From Parasitella parasitica NRRL 2501 (Eukaryota; Fungi; Mucoromycota): a stretch of 64,000 nt of DNA. The notes under the pieces were generated by a model that worked only from the letters and a program-made list of their open reading frames with translations, did not search any database and had not been told where the DNA came from. This document shows, in pieces, positions 40,266-52,549 of the stretch; position 1 is the stretch's first letter, and each line of letters starts with the position of its first letter. The position numbers and the translations under genes were made by a program. The stretch lies in NCBI GenBank assembly GCA_025201805.1, contig MU619242.1, forward strand, positions 201,187 through 265,186, written 5' to 3'.

Positions 40266-42590
40266 CCCATCCTCCATCAGTTGTTGGGCTCTCTCGGATA
40301 ATAGTTTACAATAGGCTTGCGTTCCCGTTGACACAGCTTCAAGGAGGCAATTGTTGCTCTGCGCATACAATGTTTGAATATGCCCCTTGAAAGCCTCTTA
40401 CTTTCTAGAAGGAACATGCTCATACATTAAAAAATAACAGGTTTAATCGGCAGGTTTGATCATGAGTATTATTACCAGTATCATCATGTGAATAAGAAGT
40501 AAATATGTCTGCTGATGTGCTATGTATTCTCGATATCATCGTACAATTCAACATTATAGAACTGATATTTGAGCTGTTTCATAAAAAATATAACCAATCC
40601 TTCCTCAGAAAGCCCTGCTATGTATGTATGCTTACTTATTCAAAAGGTATTTCAGTTATAAACATCTTTTTTGTTCTGCTATGCTCGTTTCCTCTATCAT
40701 TGCTGTACCCATAGAATACAATGGTTACCCATTATATCAACTCAGTTGTCATGGCGACCGTTCTTGATCATATTTAAGTTTAAATGTCGTTGGTAATCCT
40801 ATAATAAATGAAACTAATTGACATTTGTCTTGTACCAGAAACCATTTATTTGGGTTCTACTTATTGTAGTCTTCGAAGCTAAACTTCATCAATAAATGAT
40901 TCATAATAACAATGATTAGCTGATTAAATATAAATAGGTCCTAACTACGATTCTGTTGTAATCTTGTTAGGCAATTAAATGTCAAGCAAGATATATGATC
41001 GTATACATGAATTCATTCAAGCAGATTCATCCTATATAAATTGACAATTTCTAATTACTCAATAAATTCATTAGTTTTGTATCTGGTAAACTTAACAATC
41101 TTTATTACTTTCTTATTCCTGTTATCATATATGATTATCTGCTTGCTTTTTTTAAGATCTGGCACACCAAATTTCTCAACAGAAATTCATTTTAGCCCCT
41201 ATAATTCTAGTAAGGAAACAGCATCGATATCAGGTTTTTGGATTTTCAGGAATAGATCAATATTGTTTTCAAATGCACTGATGAATTGGTCCGTGCCTTG
41301 ACAGTTGATAAAATCTGCCCTATCCTAGTATTACCATGGTAGGCGAGACATTTCGATACTCAGCGACAGTTCAGAAATTATTGGATTGATTCCAATTTGA
41401 TAAAACTATATGATATAATCACAATAAACTAGGAAACGTAGTTCCTGAAGGAATTGATACTGAAGATGGAAGAGCAGTGCACTTTCATCAAGATATCCTA
41501 ATCAATGTTTATTCACATAACATCTGATGTTTGACACTAATAGTAATATTTCAAGGAACAGACTTATTCTATTATTTTACATCAAAGAGTAGATGTTATC
41601 AAGACGTCTCCCCGACATCCCGCAATCTGATCTCGATGTAATCTTTGAATAAGCCTAGAACCTTGCATGAGGTTCAATTACAACTTGTAGCTTATTCCTT
41701 ATTTGTAAAGGAATTACCAACAATTAATATCATGATCCGTACATCGTAACTATGTTAGATATGACATATGTAGCCCTTATATGGATACAACACAATGTAT
41801 GAATACAATCAGATCATGTTGATATTTAATAATCAAACAAGATTATTGCTATGTCAAACGTCAAATAAAAATAAATCTGCAGCAAAATTACACCTTATTA
41901 TACATACATCCTATAGATGTATGTATACATAATATCATTATGCTAGGGTTAGCATCATGAGAGCTTTAACAAAGGGTTTTACTATCTAGAACCTGTGGAG
42001 TGTAAATCAGGATTACCTATGATATACCTTAGATAACAATATTAAGAGTGGGGCCTCGTATAAAATACCTATGAGATAACCTTGATAAAATAATGTCAGA
42101 GCAAGACCTCTATCTACATTTAATCGGCTAATCATTATGAATGGGAACCATTCATCGATGGCCTTAGCTTCGCAATTGAGAGTAAGTAGAATCCAAATAG
42201 ATGCTTCTGTTTCCTCTCTTTTTATCAGCCGTATAAACTATTAGGGCACTGTTCAAAGCGATATAAAATCCTTTCGTCTCAAGAAATTGATCTATACAGC
42301 TCATTACCATTATTGCTGCGAACAAGTTGCGAGATATATGAGAAAAGGATCTTGGTTTGACTTTTAATTGTTTATTGAATACATAACTTGAGATTGAGAT
42401 TGCCAAAAGCGCAAGTTGGGTTCTATCAAAAGCTCGAGATAAACCAAAGACATTTTTTTACTATCATGCGGTATTGTGCCCAACAAAAAGCAAAATCTTG
42501 TCTTGGTGGTACACACCTGGATAATACACACAGATTCATTCATCGTCGCACTGAATAAACTCCTTTTGCTTCTTTGCTGAAACATAATTC

Positions 42591-44436
42591 ATGGTTTTAG
42601 TATACCTGGAATGCATTTTTACTTTAGTACAGTTTATGATTTTAATAGATGTACTAGTTTGTTCACCTGTTCATGATAGCAGCACAATTATTGCTATTGG
42701 CATTGATCTAAATCATATTTTCGACACAAATAGGTCGATTGTTAGAGTGGCTGCATCTTTTATCAACGAATCTGGCGCATTATCAGATACTATTACGACT
42801 ATGTCTGAATTCAGTACTCTTACAGCACCTAATTTATCTGCTAATAGTGAAAGAAGCATTAGCCCAAAACACATGCAAGTGTTCCTAGAAGCCTATCAAT
42901 ATATTGGCTCGCAGTGCACAAACGAGACTGATGGGTTTTTTTTTGTTAATAACGATCCGCTGGTTCTAGAAGAGAAATTGATTGAATTATTCAAGCGCAT
43001 AAAATACACCACCCTGACAACTTATGGGCTTCCCAATGTTCGTAATATACTCCATCGAGCTTATCAAATATGTCCATAATAACCGTGCATTGTACATTTC
43101 CCAGGCAAAGCTCCATGCAGTCATCGTGGACAGCAGATATTCTAGAGGTTAGTGTACATCATAATGAGTTTAGGCCACTGTCCATTGACTTTGCCTATGT
43201 AACAGCAAAGCGATCTTTGCTAGAAGCTGCCGCAAAAAGAGCAGGGCTTCCGAGTGTTCAGATTGTTGGAAGAGTTGTAGCAGCAGCCATGATTTGCGAG
43301 CAGGAAGAGATTTCAGAGGATCATTACTATCTGGAAATTCATTTTGATAAAAACAAAATAGATATTGCTGTTATATTAGATGAAAATGGGGCAAATGTAT
43401 TCGAGACATTAGCAGCTGAAAGGCTCAATTACACGGCAGACGGATCCGAGATCACGCCAATGTTGTCATCGTTACTGGATAGACTAATCCAAAATGCAGA
43501 AATCCCAGATGCAGGCCTGATTTATCAGGTAGCAATCACTTCATCCGAACCGCTGACGTTATCTCGGGCTCCACTTTTGCAGCAATTAGAAGCCCTTTTG
43601 AATAGCTATTTCAACGGTAGAACTTTGACATTCTGTAACTCATTAAATGGCGAAAGCAACAGAATAATACCTCATGAACACAGACTTGCGTACAGTGCAG
43701 CGCAATACAGTCAATCAACAACAAAAAAGCAGCTTTATGACAGCCAGTGGAGCTGTTGCGTCGAGCTTTCCCCTATGCATTACGGGGTAGCCGTGGCTGG
43801 AGGACTGATTCAACCTATTATACCAATGAACAGCATTCTAAATGGACAAAAATCAGCCATCTTCACCATCATCATGCCGCAGCAACAACAGCCAATCAAG
43901 ATATCATTGTACAGGGGATTCAGACTGCAAAAGGCTCTTAATACGTACATTGGGTCGCTGGATTTCCAAAATGGTAAATTTAACGGGTCGAATGACAAAC
44001 AGTTGTTTAACACTAATTCGATCATGCAACAGATGATCCATTGATTTTGGTCATTACTATTGAAATCAGTGCTGATTCTGATGAGCTATTTTTAATCATC
44101 AAGGACTCAGTAGCAGGGCAAACTTATACCTCCACTTTTTCTAATGATAGACAAACTGTCGGATCAGAACTAGCGCAGTTTGATAAGAATTGGGACCCTG
44201 AGCAGTTTGATTTGAACCGATTTATCGATCAACAGTTGAAAGAAAAGGTTGATTTGATTGTATCAAAGTATGTGTCGACAACAATTGACAGCTTGCAAGA
44301 GAGATTTTTCAAAAAGATGCGGTTTTTTCTTTTGCCAGCATCTAAGCGGCAGTACATAAACGATCTGATTTACAAATCAGATGGAAATAAGCTTACAACA
44401 ACCGAGAAAAAGTTGCATTCCTTACCATTAGAATAG
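42591..44436 (+). CDS. Highly divergent Hsp70/BiP-like protein, 553 aa, 4 exons (42591-43037, 43105-43147, 43206-43973, 44033-44436)
   Basis: Colinear Hsp70 landmarks IAIGIDL, HAVIV, AKRAGL..VQIV...AAAM, NVFETLA, LAYSAAQ, LSPMHYGVAVAGGLIQPIIPMNS, KSAIFT, ISLYRG, ITIEISAD. Three GT-AG introns join the ORF-track fragments in frame. Confidence 0.82.
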
Positions 44437-44600
44437 ATTAAAAACATGACCAATTCGTTCAGTCTTTCTCATCTCTCCTCCCCCCCCTTTTTTTTCTGTA
44501 ATAAAAACACATGTATAGAGTTGTTTCCAAACATACGAAAAAGATGTTTAATGATATTAAATAATGGAGAATCTATGTTGTAGTACAGTCTATTTGCGTA

Positions 44601-45082
44601 TTAGTTTGCCATGATTACAGTTCGAAGTATTAACTTTGTTGACTCTATACGCTCTATTGTAGCGATGTAAACCATGTTAATAAACAAGAAGGCATTAAAA
44701 CAGTTTTGTTATTTACCTGATGTCCAGTAGACTAATCTATTTGGGCTTGTTGATGAAGAGGGAGCTGTAATGAATTTTTCATTCATTCCTAAATGCATAT
44801 ATTAGATGGGCCAAAGCATTGCATTGGATCAATTGCTTGCACTTACCATTTTTCTGACTTTTATGCGTTTTAGACCTGTAAGCGCTACGAGTCAGTGTCT
44901 AAACAGCAAGAAGTATCAAACACAACTTACTTGGACTTTCTCTTTCTCTTCTTTTCTTTCGATTTTGTGGATGCCACTGATTTTTGTACCTTCTCGGCAT
45001 GCCCAGCATGAATCGTGTTTAGCTTTAATCTAATCTTTAAGCTTGGGGTAGTGGTAGCGGTGATGTTATTGTCCTTTGTCAT
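44601..45082 (-). CDS. 101-aa basic microprotein, 4 exons (45082-44931, 44875-44847, 44788-44717, 44653-44601)
   Basis: Three introns with GTAAGT/GTAAGT/GTAAAT donors, CTGAC/CTAAT/TTAAC branch-like sites and YAG acceptors give one open frame MTKDNNITATTTPSLKIRLKL...KEKKRKRKSKSK...VIMAN*. Confidence 0.62.
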
Positions 45083-45272
45083 ATTAATATGCAAATAGTG
45101 ATAATCAAATAATGTTAATTAAGCAGAATAAAAACCAAATAAAAATATAAAAAAAGGTGTGATTTTATATAGTTCATGGAAAAAAAGGTGGTTGCTTCAT
45201 TGTTATTAAATGAATGTGATCATATTACTCCTTTTTTCTTTTTCTTTATTAATAATTGCAATAAGATCCGTC

Positions 45273-46827
45273 TCATTGTTTCTCTCTAAATAATAAAGGT
45301 ATTCTATAATCAGGGGCTGGTGAATTACCAAATATTCCCAATAAAAGCATGATATGACAAGCTGCCAATGTCCAAGAGCTTTTAACGGTAGAAGGGAACG
45401 TTAGCCAGCAGCCTTCAATAGTGACAAAAATCAAGATCCGAGAGGTTGACTTGAGTCCCTTTTCTGTGGAGAGCCAAGCACACTGCCATAGCAAGTAAGG
45501 AAGTGTCTGAAAGTACCAAGAATAGAATTGATAGTGCAAAGACCTAGCAAACAAAATGCCAATAAAGTTACTTGTAAACATCATTGAAATAATGTCTTGA
45601 TAGACAGTTGTTAGTGTCGTCTCAAGGCAATGTACAAACACAGACATACCATCGTTGGACACAGGGATCTCATGATGACGAGAGAATCCCTTTTTTAATA
45701 CATGCATCAAGCCTCCTTTACTACAAAATATAAATAAATGTTACAACAAAAATTAATTGCACATATCAATATACTCATACGGCCCACACCAAATAAAGAT
45801 AATGAACATCAGCAGCGTGAATCCATGGCCTATTAACAGCTCCTTTGCAAACCAATTTGACACAAAGGTCTCCTCAGTCATCATTCTCCAGTTCACGGTC
45901 CACTGATAATCAAAGACCCGGCGAAACTCGAATGCTTTCGAAAAGTAAGAGACTGGATGTTGATTCAAAAATGGATAAGCTATCGCTAACTGAGTCAATG
46001 CAATCAATCCCAATTGTCCCAACGTCTTGTAGGCGCCCAAAACCTGCCACAGAATAATCCCAAATGCAGGGAAAAACAGCAGCACGTTCATCTTGATTGA
46101 CAATGCTAGACTGTACAGCAGCGAACTTAACGTCCATTTACGGTAAAGCATGGCCAATAAACAAGCAAACATAAAGAGCATCGCAACAGGGTCATTGAAG
46201 CATCGCAGCAGGAATATTGAATGGAGTCGTTTCGAACAACCCAGCAGCAAAATTATGTATGGCGGTACCTTTTTTGATTGTCTGTAAATGGCACATACAA
46301 CCAACTGACTAAGCAAGTACAAAAATTCAAAGATATACTGTGCTAATCGAACGTCTTTTCCATGGTCTGTCAGGTAGTAAAGCAAAGAATAAATGTACAC
46401 AAATCCAGCAGGATACCTAAACGCAATTTGGTCAGCTACATGCACTCTAACGCCTCAAGGGCACCCACTTACACCAATGGTCCTGTATCGCCCTTGAGTT
46501 TTGTATAATCACGCTCGCCCATAATGAACCCTTCAACTTCTTGCATGTAAGCAATCCAGTCAATTTCTGTGTCTATGAATGACATGAGCAAGCTGAGGGA
46601 ACGTGTGAGTTTTTATATACGTTACAAGCTACTTTGCGGATGATTAGAGTGCTCAGAACGAATTCGCCAAACAAAAATAGCATGGCCAGGTGCCAGAAAT
46701 ACTTAGGATCGCATAGCAGTTTAAATGGCAGTCTAAATATGTCTTTAACTTTGTAGGTTTTGCGAGATTCGCTGATGTCTCTTGGCGTATGCTTCTTTTT
46801 CTTTTTTGCTTGCTGTACTCTCAGCAT
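45273..46827 (-). CDS. ALG3: Dol-P-Man:Man5GlcNAc2-PP-Dol alpha-1,3-mannosyltransferase, multi-exon
   Basis: [78 protein letters not shown]. Confidence 0.97.
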
Positions 46828-48353
46828 GCTTGTAGTGGAGAAGAAGAAGGCTGCAAATAAATTATGTACCACATGTGCGACAATAAATAGTCCGTTCATC
46901 GTGCCTTTGTATCTTTTGGTTTTTTTTTGGATTCCCAACATTGTCTTTACGATAGGAATTGACGAGACCTGATTTATAGCTGTTTGTTACTTCTTTGCAT
47001 GCAGTACCTGATGGGTCATGAGCGGGGTCCACCTCTTTCATTCAGCAAGCAGAACAGCAGCCCCGATGGAAGCAAAGGTACCTCCTCAACAAATATGAGT
47101 ATATCTCATTCATCTTCATCTATTTGAATCAATGCACCTCTATATTGTCAAATCAAGTCCCCAAAAAAATATAAAATAAAAGCCTTTCTATGTATTTTTC
47201 TGTTTATCTTTATTTTTAATGCGATTGTGGGTAATAACTTTCTGGTATTTACCTAGTCGCGAAGGATGTAAATTTTTTCCGGGGCTGATGCCATTGGTAA
47301 GTGCACCCTCTATAAAATCAACTCTTCTGTTTTTGTGTTGGTCGGTTCAATATAGCCTGCTTGATAAGCGTTTGTTTGAAAATTGATACTCAAAAAAAAA
47401 AAAAAAGGTATATGGACTAGTGGTTTTAAAGAGTACTAGAAAGTGTCAAGTCTTCATACTGTACTGCATATGTTAAGACCATCATTTAAAGAACAAGTTA
47501 CTGACCCCTTAGACATGTCATCGATGATTATATTCGGGTGCCATGCCTGGACTATTGTTAATTTGCACCAAGCAGGCGAGCAAGCATGAAGTGGGAGTCT
47601 GTTTTTTTCTTTCATTCATTCAAAATGCTACCAATATTTATAAAAGTTTATGGAATTTCGACCTTAAGCTTCAGTGTATCAATATCCCGGGTAATCTTTT
47701 GTAGAAAAAGAAGAGCTGCAAATGCTGACATGTCTTTACATTCAAATGCTTGTTTTTTTTGCTTGCTTCCTTTTCTTTTGGCAGATTTGTAGATGCCACC
47801 CTTTTATTTTGTCTACTTGGTAATAAAATCAGGCCATCAAAGCCAAAAAAAAAAAAAAAAAGAAGCGTTCCATCTATATCGTACTTCACCCGACATTCGT
47901 TAGTTCAGGGTAGGACCCTTTTATTTTTGTAATTCCCTTCCATTGGGAAACTGAGTATTTCAGCAAATAGAAATTCTTTGTTTTCAATTTTTTTCAACAG
48001 ACTTGGGCTTCCAAAAGAAATGATACAGGGTTTCCCGTAATAACCCTTAAACCTAGATGGACCCTTGATATTGAATGCCGATGAATTCCTTCACATAATA
48101 GGGCAAACAAAGAGAATTTAAGTTTCAGATGCTTCGATTACATAAGATGCCACCAATGATATCATGCTACAGATGTTGGACCCTTGGGCTTACTTAATTT
48201 ACAGTGTCCCGTCCCCGTCACGGAGGATTCTCTTGATAAACCTCATGTTCCATATAAAAAGGTCATGTCGTTCGAACCCATTTTTCTTCCTCTTCTTTCC
48301 TTTTCTCTCTGCTTTATCCAAAAACTTCAAAAATATATACATCTACATACGCA

Positions 48354-49806
48354 ATGCCTTCATCTGAAATTAGCCCTTCTGACAAGATTTATAAAATCGT
48401 AAATGCAAGACTCCTGCTGAACCATGAAATTGTCGAGGAATCATACTTGTGGTTTCAAAATGGCAAGATTATCCACCCCCAAAATCTCTTTTTCTCTGCT
48501 CGTCGTGATGCTGACGAGATCATTGATGCAAAGGGTCTTTTGGTTGTTCCTGGCTTCATCGACACCCAAATCAATGGCGCTTACGGCATTGATTTTGCTG
48601 ATTACGAAGAACCCGTCGAAGTCTTGAAAAAGAACATCGACACTGTTGCAAAGGGACTCTTGCAATATGGCTGTACCGCTTTTTGCCCAACCGTTGTCAG
48701 CTCTTCCAGTGCTGTTTACGAAAAGGTAAGGTTTTCTACTGATAGTAAAAAAAAAAAAAAAAAGACAAGTAGGGATTCTAAAAACAAATGGTCTGTGTAA
48801 TCTAGGTCCTTCCTTTATTGAACCCTCGCAAGGGAAGTGCCACTGGTGGTGCTGAAATTCTGGGCGCACATGTCGAAGGTCCTTTCATTTCTGTGCTAAA
48901 GAAGGGCGCTCATAAGCAAGACGTCTTTAGAACTGCAAAGAATGGCATTCAAGATTTTGATGATGCCTACGGATCTGAACTTAAGAAGGGTAACAAAGCT
49001 GTGAGTATTATGACTGTAGCTCCAGAGATTGAAGGCGTTTGTGATGCTATTCCTGACTTGGTGGCACGTGGTATTACAGTTGCTATGGGTCACTCTGCTT
49101 GTCGCATTGCTGATGCTGAAAAAGCTGTTACTAATGGTGCAAACAGTATCACTCATTTATTCAACGCTATGCAAGCAGTAAGTACGACGACGTGTATTCG
49201 TCATAGAAACAAGTTTCGCTAAAATAGATCCTTGCATAGTTCCATCATCGTGATCCTGGTTTAATTGGTGTTCTCGGTGCTGCTGATCTGCCTATCCCTG
49301 AAAAAGCCAACCGCCATCCTGCTTCTTCAAACACTTCGCCCGATCGCACAAAGCCTGATCCTCGTCCATTCTATGGGCTTATTTGCGATGGAGTTCATGT
49401 TCATCCTAATTCTATTCGCATTGCTTATTATTCTCACCCCACAGGCGCTGTCTTGGTAACTGATACTTTGTCCGCAATGGGTCTTCCAAAGGGCGATTAT
49501 GTTCTTGGGGGTTGCGAAATCGAAGTTGACGAGAAAGGCGGGGCATATCTCAAGGGTACAAAGACTTTGGCTGGCAGCACAGTTACCATTGACGAATGTA
49601 TCCGCAACTTTCAAAAATTCACTAATTGTCCTCTGGTTGAAGCTATTGAAGCAGCGACTCTTCATCCTGCTCGTTTATTAGGTATCGACAAGCAAAAAGG
49701 TACACTGAACGTTGGTGGCGATGCTGATTTGGTATTTTTGGATGATTCTGAAGGCGACATCCGTGTGAAACGAGTTTTTGTTGCTGGTGAAGAGGTGAAG
49801 CGTTAG
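48354..49806 (+). CDS. DAC1: N-acetylglucosamine-6-phosphate deacetylase (NagA/Dac1), 3 exons
   Basis: PGFIDTQINGAYG, GCTAFCPT, GAHVEGPF, KKGAH, MTVAPE, GHS, THLFNAM, HHRDPG, ICDGVHVHP, LVTD, LAGS, HPARLLG. Confidence 0.97.
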
Positions 49807-50027
49807 ATTTGTTTTCTTAATCCCTCAATGTCGACATCTGACAATTTTTGTACTGTTAAAATGCTAATCCACCCATCCCATTTCTTCTATCCTTTCTTAT
49901 TTACCAATATCTATTATTTGCTATTATATACACACACACTTTTTTTTTTCTTTTTTTTTTTTTCTTTTCTTTTTTCTTTTCTTTGTCGTCTAAATGACAT
50001 GAATAAAATTATAGTTTTCATGATAAT

Positions 50028-51455
50028 TTAGAATGTGTACATGTCCTTTTGCTGTTTTGTACGTTTGACTTGATTGTCAATGTCTGCCAATTGTTTGCCT
50101 AGTCTAGTGTATTGATCTGTCGCAGTTTTCAGTTTATTGCGGAATTGAGCTTCCATCGGTGTTCCTTTGTTGCGTCGTAATGCTTCTGTGGCATGCGAAT
50201 ATTCAATTTTGGCTGTTTCAAGCTTTGTTTGAAGTTTTGCTCTAGTTTGATTTGCTTGGCGGGCACTTGTGGATTTATTTAGTCGCTTTTGAGCTGTGGT
50301 TCCAGGTTTCTCTTGATTTGATGGCTGATTTCCGAGTAGCGAGTTCATCAATCCGAACATGTCGTCTCCTTGTTGGTCTGTTTTGCACGGGTCTTTGGAC
50401 GTCTTTTGTCGAGGCTGCTTCGTCTTCTTTTTATGGCCTAAACCGGGTCGTTGATCCAAAGAATTTCCTGCGTAGGGTCGTGCCTCAATAGGCTCCAATC
50501 GCCCTTTCCCGTCTAATCCTAAACCTTGTCCCTGTATATGCAGTACATGTATGAGGCATTGCATTGAAATTGCTCGACATCAACACTGCCTTACTTGAAT
50601 GTAACCCATTTTTTTCATCATTTTTGCTGCAAATCCCGTAGTATGTGATTGCCAACATCCAAATGCATCGTAAGACCGACTAGCTATAACAGGATGGATG
50701 ACATTGCCTTCTTTGGCTGAATCATCATCCGTACTATGTCCACAATCAGACTCGCTCCATTCGCCCATGTCCTCGTCATCGTCCTGTGCATTTTCGTCGT
50801 CCAAAATGCTCTTGTATGGCATAATATGCTCCATGTCTACACGAATACGTTTCTTTGAATCTTTCAATCTTACTCGCCACCGAGGTCCATGCAGCTGGTC
50901 TATAATGTTTCCTAATAGCCATACATCTTGTGTGTCTGTTTCTTTGCACCAAACCCTCTTTCCGTATTGTAATTGAGCTAGCAGTTTATCCACGTCATGT
51001 GTTTCCAATGCTTCAAAGGGAACCACAAAGTCAGAAGATGAGGTATAGCCATGGCTGTAAGAACAAGACTCTTTTCTGCAGGTGGATTGACTGAAATATG
51101 CGCTGCACGGAATCGTATCAGTCGTGATGGGAGTCAGTATGAGCACTTGCGTTGTTGTTTCTGTGAAATCTAACACGATGCTAGGTAGTAGAACCATATC
51201 CTGTTTATACGGGAGAGCAATTGCACACTTGTCGCCCACACTCAAGTCGCCAGATCCACCCCCTTCTTTTAAAGATGACTTTGTAGGGGAACAGGTCGCC
51301 GCCTCTGCGGTTGTGGTTGTATCAGCTGCGGATTGCGCTTGTTGGTACTGTTCAATCAGGTCCAGTATTTCAGGTGTCAAATGTTCGCTTTCTAACAAAT
51401 TCAAAATGTCCTGTTCTGTCAATAACGCAGCATTCGCCTCTTCGGCAGCGCTCAT
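50028..51455 (-). CDS. CCCH zinc finger + Tudor-like + G-patch protein (ZGPAT-like), 2 exons
   Basis: PCSAYFSQSTCRKESCSYSHG CCCH finger; G-patch WQSHTTGFAAKMMKKMGYIQGQGLGLDGKGRLEPI across the intron; coiled-coil end KDMYTF. Confidence 0.85.
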
Positions 51456-52216
51456 TCTTTNNNNNNNNNNNNNNNAAAAAAGGAAAAAAAGGGCAAGGAA
51501 TATATGCGTATCAAAAGTGGACTAGGATCACTTATTCCCACTAGCGATGACAGCATTGGCTTTGAGCTGCCCAGAATACTGGTATTGATGCAGCGCACCA
51601 GCCAAGCGTCAGATACACCAACGAGTGGCAAGCAATGCAAATGGGTCCTTATGGTTTTTAGAAAGACGATTCGGAAGATGATTTGGTCAGAGATGAGATA
51701 TGTGTAATTATCAAGTGAACTCTATTGATCAGCCAAGCATCACATACCGGTATTCCTTATCATGCCTCAGGACATATTCGGAAATCATAGACTTTCGAAT
51801 GATTTACCATGACGACCATAGAAAGACCATGTTGCAACATGTATTTCACTAATGAGAAAAGCTCGCAATGCACTTGACATATCATTGAGAACAAATGGAC
51901 AGAAGAATCTGAGATGCTCCTTTTATAGCTATATAGAATTGTGAATAAACATGTACAGTGCATCATTGCATCACTTGAAAGCTATTTTTGCGACAAATGA
52001 TAGTGGAACCTATTCTCAACAGTTTGTCTCGATGTATTGTTCTCCCGTGTCTGCAGAATGGGCATGCAATATGCCCGGGTATCGCCGGACATTCGTGGTT
52101 CCCTCCGGTGGAAAACAAAGGTATGAGACTCAACTTTTTTCACAGAGTATATGGAAGCAACACAATGTTGGCCTAGATAGAGCCCCTTCCTATTCTCGCA
52201 TACATTGCTTGTCGAA

Positions 52217-52549
52217 ATGGTAACTAGAAATATAGAATCCATCATGGCACAGATATCAAAAATATAGATGGATGAGTGGATGATCCATGTTCAAGATGAA
52301 TTTCAATGTCTAACCGATCGTAATTTGCGTTTTTGTAGCCTTCCCAAAAGTCTTTCATCACCAAGGTCAAGCTTGGCAAGGCCAAGAAGCAAAACCGTCC
52401 TTTGCCTCACTGGTTCCGTCTCAAGACTGACACCAAGATTCGGTAAGCTGATCGAGTATAACCCTATATCAGCATAACGTTGACTTTTTTTTTTGTATAG
52501 TTGGAACGCTAAAAGACGTAACTGGCGTCACACCAAGTTGAACATCTAA
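52217..52549 (+). CDS. RPL39: 60S ribosomal protein eL39, 3 exons (52217-52219, 52339-52442, 52501-52549); absent from the ORF track
   Basis: Spliced product [51 protein letters not shown]. Confidence 0.97.

Noticed and set aside
42591-44436. Frameshifted pseudogene or programmed frameshifting across three overlapping ORFs
   Set aside because: Three canonical introns account for every frame change.
48354-49806. GlcNAc catabolic cluster as in Candida
   Set aside because: No deaminase, kinase or GlcNAc transporter gene nearby; ALG3 belongs to a different pathway.
51480-52150. Coding-like relic between the ZGPAT-like gene and RPL39
   Set aside because: Many stops in all frames and no family identifiable with confidence.
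52220-52338. Intronic box C/D snoRNA in RPL39 intron 1
   Set aside because: No canonical RTGATGA/CTGA pair or terminal stem.
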